This document shows positions 24,801 to 38,005 of a stretch of 64,000 nucleotides of DNA, in pieces. The number at the start of each line of letters is the position of its first letter. Within the stretch, counting starts at the first letter, position 1. Source of the stretch: Nemertoderma westbladi (taxonomy: Eukaryota; Animalia; Xenacoelomorpha). The position numbers and the translations under genes were made by a program. The notes beneath the pieces are model-generated. The model searched no databases and was not told the DNA's origin. It saw only the letters and a program-made list of their open reading frames with translations. The stretch spans positions 1,165-65,164 of the forward strand of contig JAUCBJ010007293.1 of NCBI GenBank assembly GCA_032718475.1. Reading direction: 5' to 3'.

Positions 24801-26186
24801 TCTAGATAACGGCATCGTTCCCATGTATTACGAGAGACCCAATTGCTAATAGGTCGACCGATAGTATCAACAACAGTGACCTTCATTGCGATGTTGTCAT
24901 TATTCCTTAGACAGAGAATAATTTCAACAATATCACGTTTGAGTGTTATAGGTTCTTCAGTCACCCCGAAACCCAATACAGGTAAAGACAATTTTTCGAC
25001 TACCGGAATATTCCAACGATCCACGAGTTGTTGCGTAATAAACGACCATTGACTGCCAGGGTCGAAATACAATATTTATATTAATGACCCTTGATGAGTT
25101 TATTTTACAATCGATGATGGCCGTTTGAAGTAAAACTTGATTGGAATTAGTGGTGCTGGTAGGCTTATATGATGCACCCAATGGCGCACATAGATGAGTC
25201 CTGGATTTAACATTTCCAACGGAAACTTTGCGCGACTCTGAACATAAGGGCTCCTTCGTACCTCATATTGATTCGGATTTAGTGGACTGAGATGGCCTGT
25301 GGTTGGCATCATCTGGTGTCTCCGTTCGTCAATGTTGGATACTGTTCTACATTTCGCACCTTTATGACGCCCATTACAGAATAGTATATATAGTAATCAC
25401 CACTCTTAATGTGGAGAGGCGAAAGCAGAATACCCAGTTGATGCTTAATCTCTACGATGATAGCACAATAAACGCAATGAAACATTTCTTGGGTTCAGGA
25501 AACGCAACTGGGTCATCCATGGGCAAGTCGAACACTCCGTACCTATAATGTACTGTTTAGTAGGCCTACTTGTAAAGAGATCGCACAAGGATTTCTTTCT
25601 TTTGATATGTTTGTATTTTCTAACAAAACAAACGGGTTTAATCAAACTATCACATATCAAGCTAATCAAGCAAAAACAAGCCGAATCAAAATTCGAAAAT
25701 TTAAAGATGGCGGACAATAATGACGCAATCTTACACATTATCACAAGATCGTATGATATCCAGTGTTCACCAGCTGGGTTCTCGACCAACCAGCGAGCAG
25801 GAAATCACAAATGCCCTAAATTAATTTGGCAATTATTAAAAGCGTAATTTTAACATAAATTTAGCACAATTATTGATTAATATAGAAATACAGGTGAATT
25901 TAGCACAATTATTAAGTAGATTCAGTAGATATTATAAAACGGCAAATATGTACACTATATTTATAGGTTTTTGCCACCATAATTAAATACACTGCTGTTT
26001 TATTATAAATTATACATACTTTAAGCTACATACTGTATAAAATGAAATGAATATAAACCAAACTTGTAGATTTTATTTACCTTATCTAATTATACTACAA
26101 TTGCGTATCGAGATACACTTATCTAATTTATTTTATTTTATACTGTATAATGGGCTGTTTGGGACACAACGCCATAAATCGTAACA
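21900..26186 (-). mobile_element. Decayed Bel/Pao retrotransposon: partial 5' LTR, protease, RT, RNase H, integrase; gag and 3' end deleted
   Basis: LLQTA, FDPGSQWSFIT, HHGVLKE...VVFNAS...SLNDCLMTGPN, ADLEHAF...LRFLW, IPRLELLG, NPADFPTRG, LRERYWVPR, GVDFMG, FTCAVVRAIHLEL, SDNATNF. The minus strand starts TGTTACGAT at 26186. Confidence 0.9.
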
Positions 26187-26476
26187 CTACTGCTAGAGAA
26201 CATAAACAGTGTAATCTATTGCAATGACATATCCATTATGATTGCTTCCTAAAGGCTTCATAAGATCTCATTGGTGGAATTGTATCCTGCATAACAACCA
26301 ATTAAACCCGGTTTTGGGTGGCCCTTATAACTGCGGATTCTGATTGGGGATTAATTGAATTATATCGGCCAATGAAATGACAGCTTAGTACTGCAGTAAT
26401 AAATATTTGCTGCTGCAGTAACAAATAATTATTACTGCAGTAATAGATACATTTTTTTGTATTACCACAGTATTTA

Positions 26477-27257
26477 GGACTCAACATTAGTTACATGTAT
26501 TCTTTCAGTCTATTGATGGAATTGTGGCTGACACAAAGAACTTTATTAACTAGTCTAGCAGTTATTAGTGGCAACATAGAATACATGATAGCACCAATTT
26601 TTTGGTTCTATAGTTTTTGCGTCATTGGGATTTGTATTCCCATTTATAATATCAGGATTAATTTGGGAATATCAGGATTAATTAATTTGAATGCATATTA
26701 TAGCTTAATTATATAATTTACCGCTATGAACTATGCTGCATACATTTATCACAGCTACAGTGTGAACCAATACAACATTGGTCGGATTTATATGATATTT
26801 CCAATTCTTCAATTTTTCAATGGTCTAACAATGACTTTAATGATGAAGAAGTTGAATCATACTGTCATACCAATGGTAGTCGGTTTAATTAATGATACCA
26901 GCAGTATCAATGCAACTAATAGGCCCTACAGAACTACTCGGGTTACCTCATGATCTCTCCACTGGATGTGCTCTAGTAGGATTCGGATCTGGATTATTTC
27001 AAACACCTGCTCTGGAAACCCAAACACGATTGTCTGTGAATGTTTGTGGTTATCCTGACAATGTTGACACTAGATCTCTTCTCCAACAAATGTACAGAAT
27101 ATCAACATCTATCGGAATTATCATAGATCCTATTTTTGGTGAATTACTCAATGATTTCTTTGAAGTGCAAGCAGCAAGTTCGCTCCTAAGCCTGTTGGGG
27201 TTGCCTTTTATTATATCTTTGGTGGTTGTGTTTGCATTTAGATTTCGTGTAGACTAG
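26477..27257 (+). pseudogene. 5'-truncated SLC18B1-like pseudogene
   Basis: Frameshifted pieces MYSFSLLMELW, NYAAYIYHSYSVNQYNIG and VSMQLIGPTELLG...FRFRVD; internal deletion at ~26660-26685. Confidence 0.88.
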
Positions 27258-28488
27258 GTTAATAAAAACCCATCATCATGGTGGGACCTCTGTGAAATTG
27301 TTGTATATCGAACTATACTCAAAGGTCATATGCCCCCATCATATTCTAAGACCTTGGACATTTTGAGCAAGTCGACTACTGGTTTGAAACTTTTTTTGAA
27401 TACATCATTGATAATAGCCAAAAGGTTGGGTGTACCATGGCATGTCTACCCGAAAGCTGTATCTTTTATCAAAGTCAGCTCTGTGATGAGTCTCAACATA
27501 CCTTCCACATTACACTTCACACATTCAATGTCAATATTTAACTTATATAGACATGGGCTTAGAAATTGCAAAAAGTAAGTGTTTGATGCTGCTCAAGTGT
27601 ATGACAACACCTTTCGGTTTATTCGTAAAATCTTCACAAAAAGTGAAATTGCTGTGCTTTTGGGTGGTACTAATCAAAGCACTTTTTGTGACTATTTATT
27701 CCAAACTGCATAAGTCATCTTCAAAACCACTCACAAATTTTGAAATAAATATGCACACACCATTAAATTTTGATCCTGGGAGTTATTCAGCTGTGAAATT
27801 TACCCATAGTACAACATGTCCTGTCAGAGTCTGACATCCAAGTTGAAGATGAAGTTGACTATTGCCTACAATGATCAAAACATCCCTGCACGTAGACATA
27901 ATAATGTGGAGTTTGATGGTAGCCAATTTGTATTACTTGTATTACTAATTCAGGAGAAACATTCTGAGTGGAGCACAATATCTTCTTCTGAGTCCAGTAT
28001 TTGGACATATAGAGCATAACATGCTAAAGGCAGTGGGAAGTTTTGGTTGGGATATAGAATGGTATTTCAATTTTCCATGACTAATGGATTTGAAAGTGTC
28101 AAAGCTTTACTATTTTTAAAGCCAATGTTAAATCACCATAAGAGCTACGAAGCTTAGGACATTGTTCTGCATGATCTGGCATGCGAATTGTTACAACCAT
28201 TTCTTACAAGTTTACTTGGGAACTTTTTTACCAGAATCATTAGACAGGTTTGTGGAACTATCTGATGATATAACATACAAGTGCTTGTTTACATTTACCT
28301 TCACCATTATTGTTATCTATTGTGTTATGTTAAGTTATGTAATGTAATGTATGTTATGCTAGTTATGGGAATTGCTGTTAGAAGTGGTGATTTGATTGAT
28401 ACTGCTATATACAAATATGCTCTTTTTTACATGTAGGAACTATAATTGTATCAGTGAGTTATTGCCTTCTATTTGTCCAGCCTCTTAA

Positions 28489-31400
28489 CCCTATTACCAC
28501 TGGGGGGGGGGGGGGGGGGGGGGCGAATCGGCCCATTCCTAGTTTTTAATTGCTGTATCTATGCAACCACATTATGTACCAGCCCAATTTTTTACGAGAA
28601 TTAGTCAAATTTAATGGCGCATCTTTTGCAAAAAACGGCGTTGCAATTAGATTTCGACTTTTCGATGTGGGTGCCACCTCAAAATTGGGTCCCCAGCAGA
28701 AATTTTTGCAAATTTAAGAAGATAATTTGTTAATTTTAATTAGATAATTTAATTTAATTTGATTTAATTAGATTATTAAATAATTAATTAATAATTTTTG
28801 GATATTTTATAAGGTCATTTGTGAGTTAGTAATTCTTTATGTTGGGGCCTTTTTTTATTGATTCTGTATCGTATGGAGCACTCTACTACTCTATATAAGT
28901 ATGTAAGGGAAGTGGTACGTCATTTTTGGTGCGCTAAAATTAGGGCGTGGCAGCACCTCAAATTTTCAAAATTTCAATATTCGTTAAATACTCCGAAGTT
29001 TTGATTTCAATCCATTTTATGGGTTTTCTGGCCCGCTTAATCAATTGAAAGTAATATAGAAGACTCAATTCTTAGTGGTACATCATTATTGGTGCACCAA
29101 AATTAGGGCCTGGCAAGTAGGCTTACTTCAAATTTTCAAAATTACGATATTCAGAAAAGAATTTCATTCAGAAAAATAGTTTTTCATTTCAACCAATATT
29201 TATAGGTTATCTGGATCGCTGAATCGATTGAAAGTAATATTGAAGCCTCAAGTCTTAGTGGTATGTGTTACGATATATGGTGCTGTGTACTTAAAACAGC
29301 CCATATACAGTATAAAGTAATTTAGATAAGTCATAATGATGTACAGCTGTTGTTAGATAGGGAAAATAAAATAAAATATACGAGTTTATATATTTCATTC
29401 GACTTTGTACAGTATGTAGTTTGGCATATGTAATTTTATAATAAAACCTTAGTAAATACATTTATGGTGGCAAAACTTTCATAAAACTCTAATATGAATT
29501 GGCTGTTTATTGATATTGACTGAACCTGACGCATATTTGTACTAATTTCTTTTATATTTCTCTGTAAACTGGCGTTTGTACCGAATTTATGATTAACGTG
29601 CTTTAATAATGGCGAAATTAATGTTACGGCCATAAACCTATAAGTCCACCAGGACAGATTCATTACCATATATGGTAATAATTTGCGAAATGGAGCAGCA
29701 AGGATCACAATCCGGCTTCCTCATTGGCCTAGCTGTTTTAGGTTAGTCTAATGGTTGTAGGGTTTTGTTGGACCAATGATATGATTATTGCGTCATACAT
29801 ATATTTCATCAGTCACAGTTTTACAGTGCTTCAGTCTTAGTATACCTGTATATGTGTTCGGTGTGTTGGTGCACCGGTACAGCGGTACTGCACGTTTTGC
29901 GATTAAAATGTTTTGAATCTTCTTGCTTGTGTATTCTGCTATTCGTAAATTATTTCTGCTGATTACTTCTTTGATTACAATTTCGAATAATGATTTCTGC
30001 ATTGATTCTTGATTTCTTAAATCTATGTGATTGAGATGTAATAATCCTTACGAGGATTTCCTTTCAACTGTCAGACTGTTTGTAAACGCATGCGCCGAAC
30101 GGTAGCTATTTGCTTAGCATGAAGGGCTAAGGGTACCGGTAGGCGCAGCGGGCGCACCGTGGAAGCGACGGAGGGAGGTGTGGTGGATCCAATGTGGGGC
30201 AACGCTGGCGGGGGGCTAGCAATTGCAGCCGGGCTAATCAATTAAGGACTGGGGACCGGTCGTCATTACAGTATTTGGGGGCTCACGATCCAGACTTCGT
30301 CTCAACCTTGCAGTGCTAGGGTAGTAATACTGGGTTTAGTTAGGAGGCCTGCGTGTGGCTTTGGGTGGCCTTTGCTTCTTACACTAGTATACTAGTATAC
30401 TAATGCACTAGTTAACACTAGCTGACTAGCGCTATTAGCGCGGTCAGAAACACTACCAGTTCTATTGCTAACGATATTTTGTCTTGTGTTGCTAAAGAGT
30501 GCCTGATGCTTGAATGTGAATGCTTAGATAGGCGCTGTTTTTTCTTCATTATTTTCCATTTCTTAGTTTATGCTTATTAATTGCTGATTAGGTCAAAATA
30601 ATACAGTATTTAGGCTGTTGAAGGTATAACTCAGTAACATAATAAATTAGAAATATGTACTCTGGAATACTTAGTAATTAGTACGCAAATTCGTATTTTA
30701 TGACACTAGTTAATTTAGCATGTTAGAATAAAATTAATAACTTGTACGCTGCATAGCGGAGAGTAGTTTGGGTAAATTACTTTAGAATACAGTAGAATAT
30801 TCGACGCTAGGCGGTTATTTTAAAATAGTGGGTCAACGTGTTGACAGCGGTAGCTAGTATACAGTAGTAATTTGCTGGCCTAAAGCCAGCGAAGGCCTAG
30901 ACATTAGGACAAATAAAAGGTTTATCTCGTTATAGTATCAAATTATTCTCACATTCGACATTGTTCCGCCCGATAACTTCCAGTGTTTCTGTGATAAGTG
31001 AACGCCGAGTGCTAGACCACCCGCACTCATCTTAAGTAGCTTAGGGAGCCATTTCAGATTTATTGTTTTGGTTATTGCTGTGTGGCTTATAGATTCGAAC
31101 AGTTAGCTCTCTGTTGAGAAATCAACAGAGAAAGGAGCGAGTGATTGTCAGATCTTATAGTCAGTAATAGTAACATAGTTTAGCAGACGGTTCTGGAGGT
31201 TCTGTCTGTGTTCAAAATTAAGAGATTGCGTTGGACCAAGTCAGAACGCTTATTAGTAAGGAGTAACGTCCTCTGATCGTTCAACAGTATGTCCTTATTG
31301 GTACACCAAAATTAGGGCGTGGTACTTTTTCAAAATTTTAATAAGTGCCACTCCCTAATTTTGGTGCACCAAAAATACCGAACCACTAAGTCTTCAGGCT

Positions 31401-32035
31401 TCTATAATACTTTCAATTGATTCAGCAGTCCAGAAAACCTATAAATGTGCGTTGAAATCTCAACTTTGGTTTATTTTCCGAATCTCATATTTTTCAATAT
31501 TTGAAGTGCCACAGAGCCACGCCCTAATTTTGGTGCTCCAAAAAGGACGATCCACTATGTCTTCCGGGTTCGATAATATTTTCAATCGATTCAGCGGTCC
31601 AGAAAACCTATAAAAACGCGTTGATATCAACAGTTTTTTCCGAATATCGTATTTTTCAAAATTTGAAGTGCCACGCCCACTTCTTAGGTGCACGAAAAAT
31701 AGCATCCAGTTCAATTTTCGGAAATGGAATATAATCACATTCGATTCAGCATAGTGAAAAACCTACTAATGCTAGCCATCAATGCTACACTATCATTAGA
31801 ATATCAAAAAAAAATATATTTTGTCCTGGGACTACTTCTATTTTTCATGAAAATTATTATACCCACCTTATGAAATTTTCATTTTTTTTGGATTTGAAAA
31901 TGTTCTTCGATAATTTTTTCACCTACAGCCCAAATTTCGTAGGATTTTATTGGATGATTACAAAAATACAGTGGGGGGCCGAATCGACCCCCTGCCAGTG
32001 CTGCTAATGGTCTAAACACCCCAGTGGTAATAGGG
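28489..32035. mobile_element. Non-autonomous TTAA-specific (piggyBac-type) DNA transposon
   Basis: TTAA|CCCTATTACCACTGGGG ... CCCCAGTGGTAATAGGG|TTAA; internal direct and inverted subrepeats (caccaaaattagggcgtgg). Confidence 0.85.
29266..31286 (+). mobile_element. Solo LTR (~2.0 kb) nested in the TTAA element
   Basis: TGTTACGAT...ATCGTTCAACA with a perfect 5-bp TSD GTATG; the first ~65 bp resemble the LTR start of the Bel/Pao element at 26186 (-). Confidence 0.85.
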
Positions 32036-32364
32036 TTAAAACTGAAACTACAATTTGTTGATTTCATGAAAACAACGGCATCATATGACAGTCAAATGAC
32101 AGGACTGGCCATGGTAAAGGTCAAGGACTTGATTATGTTTTGGAAGAAATGCATAAATTGCTAAAAGCTTTGACAACGTCAACTTTATTTATTCGTGATC
32201 TTACTAGATTATATACAAGCACAAACATTCTAAATTTAAGATATTGTAATGGTGTCGGTGTGATATCGCAGTGCCACCAATGCCACCAATTCGCAAAGCG
32301 ATAAGAGCGGCCCTTTGATGGTGAAATTATGTGATACGGTCTGCCCGGATAGTTATAAAATCCG

Positions 32365-33160
32365 ACAATACCGAAAAAGACGAAATTATTGACGAAAATA
32401 TCGAAATGATAAAATTGTAAATAAAATCTCGCTTTCCAGTGAGATCAGTATTATTAGAAGGCACACCCAGAAGGCATGGCCATTAATAAAATCCGATAAT
32501 TTCGCCCCATTTTCGACCCAAAAAGTAATTTAATACCAAATACTGTCTCTGTTGATTGGTTATTAGGGGTAATCCAATAATGGAAAAACACCACAAGATG
32601 GCCCTCAAATTCGGACAGTAAGGTCAGAGTGTAGGCCTACTGCAGTTACTGCATTACGACTGCTGCACTGCAGTACTGTAGTTACGTTCACCTGTACAGT
32701 GTACACACTCGCCGTGCTCTGCCACTTGCCTACAGTATCAGTCATTAACTGTACAATGTAGGCCAACACCTGTAACGCGAAGGTACCGTACTGCCGTACG
32801 CCGTAATGTGTAAGCAGCTTTGGGTTGGGGTACCGGCTGACCGGACCGGTTCCTTTAACCTTACCCCTTCAGGCTGTACCATGCCTTGTAATACAACAGT
32901 ACACTTATCTGCTGAGCTGATACTGAATTGATTCATCCAGGCCGCCATTGGTCAACACCTAACAACCAACCAGCACACAGTATTTGGTATTAAATTACTT
33001 TTAAGGTCGAAAATGGGGCGAAATTATCGTATTTTATTTAATAAAAAATGTCAAGTGTGCCTTCTAATAATTCCTATTGTACTGGAATGAGAGATTTTGC
33101 AGATTGTTTTATAATTTCGATAGTTTTGTTGATGATTTCGTCTTTTTCGTTATTTCCGTA
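32365..33160. mobile_element. Foldback/MITE-like element with ~200-bp imperfect inverted arms
   Basis: cgataatttcgccccattttcgacc..aaaagtaatttaataccaaatactgt (~32495-32546) is inverted at ~32978-33029; similarity extends outward. Confidence 0.7.
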
Positions 33161-35236
33161 CATTATATATTATATTCGTATATTATATTCGTATATTATA
33201 ACTATCCAAGCTGCCCCATATGATCTGATATGGCATTGTATGGATATGACATTGTACTGTATTCCGATAAAAATAAAATTAAATATTTATATCCAAAGGC
33301 ACTAGTACTTGTAAACTGCTGAACAACATTTTGTAAGTTGTTGGCATGTGGTGCATTCAAATATGTAATACCCAGTTCAGCCAATAAACAAATATTTTAG
33401 ACGCGATACATAATGATAGATAATCTGATTCAGACACTAATTTTTAATTTTTCTTTCTGCTGTACATTCTTGTGCAGCAATATTATTGTGAGCGCGTTAC
33501 GGCGTCACATTGACATCGAATAAAAACCCCTAGTTTTTCCCCTCTTTTAATTGAGAGTTAGATGCTTTTAAAATGCTCAAGTTTTATACAAAACTTTCTT
33601 ATTTATTTTACAGTTTTAATATGTCATGTCTCATGTCAATCAAATACTGAAATGCAATTACGAAATTATTATTCGAATATAAAACAATGTACAGCAATTT
33701 ATAGTAATTTATAGCAATAGCATTGGCAATAGCACTAAATAAAACTGTGGGGCTTTGTTATGTATCACAATAATTACCACAATACATTGAACATTAGAGT
33801 ATTTTTAATTTTGATGCCGTACCATATAAAATAAGCCCCCCACAATATAAATAATCCCGTGAAACCCTAGCGCGAACTAGCCCTATCATCACATCCCAGA
33901 CTGAACCGGCCAACAGCCTGAAATAGGCCCGGCTACTCCATATACATTGACGGATTCATATTACCGCTACCGGTACCATCAATATACTGAATGTCACACT
34001 GCCACCGGAAGTCAGATATCAGATAACAATGATAATAATAATAATAATAATAATAATGGCTCTAACACTGCTGTGTCATGCCTATATATATCAGCTAGCA
34101 ATACGCCATCTTACGTCTAGTAAATGAACATGATATGTTCTATTGGCAATAATACAATAGGCTACATACTTTATAATAGTGTGAGCAGATAACAATCATG
34201 CATATGAGGCGAGCCACAAAGTAAGTTAGACTGTAAACTTGGCTAATAACATTAAGCTTTATGATAACTTATAATTAAATTAAACTGCCATGAATAATGT
34301 TACCCCGAAACAGTATAACGGAAATAATACGCGCTTACAATTATTATTATTAAAAATGACAGTTGCGTTGCTCAGTTGAACTCCAGTTCATTACGATTGA
34401 ATTCAAAATCACAGAAAACCTGTCAATCGCGGGAATATACTATAGGTCAAATAGTGATAATTTTGAAACAACAAATTTTGAAAGTTTCGTGCAGCACACA
34501 ATTTTGCTGCCAACACGAAAAATACAACTTCTTTATAATTTTGATTAATTGATTTATATTTTCAAAATTTCTGACATGGGTGCGAGAAAGGTCCTGTATC
34601 AAAAAACGGGTGAGTAGCGGTTTTCTGTTCATTTGAAAGAGGAATCGATTTGAAGAAATTTCAAGAAGTTTCACGGTCATACCTAGAAATGTCAGCGGCT
34701 TTTAAAATGGATTACGATTCCGAAACGAAATCCTGATATAATGGAAATGACCCCCTTCCCCTATGCTGCCGTGCTAAGGCTAAATACCCTATCTCGAAAA
34801 ATGTCATTTTGAGAAAATAACGATTTAGTTTGATCGATGCTAGGAACAATGTTAATATAACTCCGTAATGGTCCCCTATGTAGTAAAAAATGCGCACAAT
34901 TTGTATGGCATGTGCCGATAAGTACTTTGGACACTAGATGGTGCAGAAAATCGAGATAGGGTGTTTTACCAAAGCATCTAAGTAATTATTCAGTTAGGGA
35001 TTTACCCTATCTCGTATATAGGGTACTTTTTTTAATATAGGGTATTCTGACATTTTCTGTAGTTGTAATTATTTTTACATAAAAAATATTTTAATATGTT
35101 AATTTTGTATATTTAGTCCATTTGTATATTACAAAACATACAAAAACAAGTACAAGGTACCCAATTATTAACATTCACAAATTCAATAGTCAAATATTCA
35201 ATAAAATCCAATTCAAATTCATAGTTTAAAATCAAT

Positions 35237-37492
35237 TTATGTATCTTCATTTGGACGCCGGACTATCTCGTTCCAGAACTTCAGTCGATTTGCAGGAATT
35301 ACTGGAGCTAGGCGACGTATTAATTCGTCCAATCGATCGCTGGGAACACCTTTAGGTTCCTTTTGATATTCAGGAACGCAATAGATGACATTTCTCTTCA
35401 TCAGATCAACTTCCAACCAATCTTGATCGCCATAATTTACTTTATACTTTATCATCTTGTATCCCTTCTCAAACCTTACGGCTACGACAGACTTCAGTAA
35501 TGGAAAGGTACCATTGTCTCGATGTTTTTTAAGTTTATGGACGGAGGTCTCATTGGTCCAAAGATGAACGTCACCATGCTCAATTATCTTTACTTCAGAA
35601 TTGAAGCTCGCAGCTTTCTTTACACAAGTTCCAAAATATTTAAAGTCATATACTTTCTTAGCTGTCTTTATTTCCTTATTAACTAGCCGGTGTAAGTTGT
35701 CTGCTGACATAGAGGAATGGTGTGGTTCAAAGTACCACAACTCGATAGCTTTTTGTCCCATAAACTGAATAAGTTTTATAAGACACGAGTAGAATGTGTA
35801 GTTTTTGTTCTGAGCGCCGCAATTATCAACCCATATTTTCACAAGCTCTTTATCCCTGACTGATTCTAGAAAATAGAAAAATGTGGATGCAATGTCTTCA
35901 TTGTTTCTACCATGCTCCCCATCATGCCAAATAGCAGAGAATATATCATTATTGTTGCGGAGTTTCCCCAATGGGACGAAAGATTCGTGATATGCTATGA
36001 CTCTTCTCAAGAATTGCACGTCCTGAAACATTTCAAGAACGGGCAACATGATGACTTTCTGCAAATCCACAGAAACTATGGTGGTTGAACTATTTCCCCT
36101 AATCGCGGCATCCCTTTGATATGTTTCTCTGGAGGCCCTCGCACGGTCGATGTGTGTTTCATGCTCGACACATATATCACAAACGTTTAAGTTGGAAGCG
36201 GCACAGGTATGCAGCTTATGCATTTCACATTTTATACACTCCTCATGTCCTAACTTGGCGAACGATATATTCATTCCATGGAAGACTTTGCGATATTTCT
36301 GATATAATACATCACACTCTGGGTTTTTCTGGATGTAATCGTCATGGAGACCAACTAAGGTGAATTCGCAAGGTAGATAACGTCTATTGGGCGCATGTTC
36401 ATATCTATAGTGCGCAATTTCCGGGTTGTATGACTCTATATGTGCCTTAATTGAGGCATCAGCAACTTTATTGGTTGGTTCATGTCGACCCCGGGTATCC
36501 GTTGGAGCAAGTACGGATGTTATAGAACCTTTCAGAGCAGTTTTTAGGGGCTGGTTATTGTTTTCACGGTAGCCAAGTGTGGTTAAAATAAATTTTTGGC
36601 ACACTCTATGGCGCTCCCCATTTTCTGATGTCAAGAAATATTTGCAAATTTTGGTTTTATGCATCTGTGTAGCTGGAGTAGACCTCTCCGACGAGGAAAG
36701 TATAAACTGATTTCTTTGACTTGGTACCATAGACCAATAACTATCACATATATGTTGACGACGGTCTGTTGTAATAACACCATTGCACCTCAGCTGGCAC
36801 TTATGACTACAAACTGCTTCCCGTAGAGGATATGCCTCCTTGTCTCCATCCAACCGCTCGTTATGTGTTCGTGCTCTTATTTTCATAGCAGGCTTTTGTC
36901 GCTTTTTCGTCACAGGTTGCACATCTTCAACCACATCAGAATCATCATCATCTGAATCGTCCGACCCTGGAATCCAGTCGCCATCTTCATTAGAAACATA
37001 TGATTGTGGTTCCGATAATTGAGCAACATCACTGTAAGTGACATCATTTAAAACGGCAGGTTCAATGACAATATCGAGTTGTTCTATCGAATTGTCATTG
37101 TCAACATCAATATTACCATTTCGAAGTAAACTATGTAAAATTTCTTCGACACTCGAACTCTCATCATCCCAATCACTAAACGAAATCTCATCTGATGCAT
37201 TTTCAATGCCACTTGACTCTTCATCCAACACACCAATCGTATCCCTGCCCTTCCCCCCAGAATCATCCAACACAACAATTGTTTCCCTGTCCTTCCTCCC
37301 AGTATCATCCGACACACCGACCATGTCCCTGTCCTTCCTCCCAGAATCATCTGACACACCGACCATGTCCCTGTCCTTCCTCCCAGTATCATCCGACACA
37401 CCGACCATGTCCCTGTCCTTCCTCCCAGTATCATCCAACACACCAACCGTGTCCCTGTCCTTCCCCCCAGAATCATCCAACACACCGACCAT
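35237..37492 (-). CDS. Sola-type DDD transposase, intact core (751-aa frame); original start probably 38150, separated by frameshifts in the minisatellite
   Basis: VCQKFILTTLG, DTRGRH, SVDLQKVIMLP, WHDGEHGRNNEDIAS, WVDNCGAQNKN, FEPHHSSMSADNLH. Confidence 0.8.
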   Translation of the reverse strand: MVGVLDDSGGKDRDTVGVLDDTGRKDRDMVGVSDDTGRKDRDMVGVSDDSGRKDRDMVGVSDDTGRKDRETIVVLDDSGGKGRDTIGVLDEESSGIENASDEISFSDWDDESSSVEEILHSLLRNGNIDVDNDNSIEQLDIVIEPAVLNDVTYSDVAQLSEPQSYVSNEDGDWIPGSDDSDDDDSDVVEDVQPVTKKRQKPAMKIRARTHNERLDGDKEAYPLREAVCSHKCQLRCNGVITTDRRQHICDSYWSMVPSQRNQFILSSSERSTPATQMHKTKICKYFLTSENGERHRVCQKFILTTLGYRENNNQPLKTALKGSITSVLAPTDTRGRHEPTNKVADASIKAHIESYNPEIAHYRYEHAPNRRYLPCEFTLVGLHDDYIQKNPECDVLYQKYRKVFHGMNISFAKLGHEECIKCEMHKLHTCAASNLNVCDICVEHETHIDRARASRETYQRDAAIRGNSSTTIVSVDLQKVIMLPVLEMFQDVQFLRRVIAYHESFVPLGKLRNNNDIFSAIWHDGEHGRNNEDIASTFFYFLESVRDKELVKIWVDNCGAQNKNYTFYSCLIKLIQFMGQKAIELWYFEPHHSSMSADNLHRLVNKEIKTAKKVYDFKYFGTCVKKAASFNSEVKIIEHGDVHLWTNETSVHKLKKHRDNGTFPLLKSVVAVRFEKGYKMIKYKVNYGDQDWLEVDLMKRNVIYCVPEYQKEPKGVPSDRLDELIRRLAPVIPANRLKFWNEIVRRPNEDT

Positions 37493-38005
37493 GACCTGTC
37501 CTTCCTCCCAGTATCATCCGACACACTGACCATGCCCCTGTCCTTCCTCCCAGTATCATCCAGCACACCGACCGTGTCCCTGCCCTTCCTCCCAGTATCA
37601 TCTAAGACACCGACCGGGTCCCTGTATTTCCCCCCAGAATCATCCAACACACCGACCATGACCTGTCCTTCCTCCCAGTATCATCCGACACACTGACCAT
37701 GCCCCTGTCCTTCCTCCCAGTATCATCCAGCACACCGACCGTGTCCCTGCCCTTCCTCCCAGTATCATCTAAGACACCGACTGAGTCCCTGTATTTCCCC
37801 CCAGAATCATCCAACACACCGACCATGTCCCTGTCCTTCCTCCCAGTATCATCCAACACGTCGACCATGTCCCTGTCCTTCCTCCCAGTATCATCCGACA
37901 CACCGACCATGTCCCTGTCCTTCCTCCCAGAATCATCCAACACACTGACCGTGTCCGTGTTCTTCCCCCCAGAATCATCCGACACAGCGACACTGACCAT
38001 GTCCC
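37220..38005 (-). repeat. 42-bp coding minisatellite (~18 units, DRDMVGVSDDTGRK) with a 167-bp higher-order duplication
   Basis: Unit cacaccgaccatgtccctgtccttcctcccagtatcatccga; 37481-37647 is repeated at 37648-37814. Confidence 0.92.
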
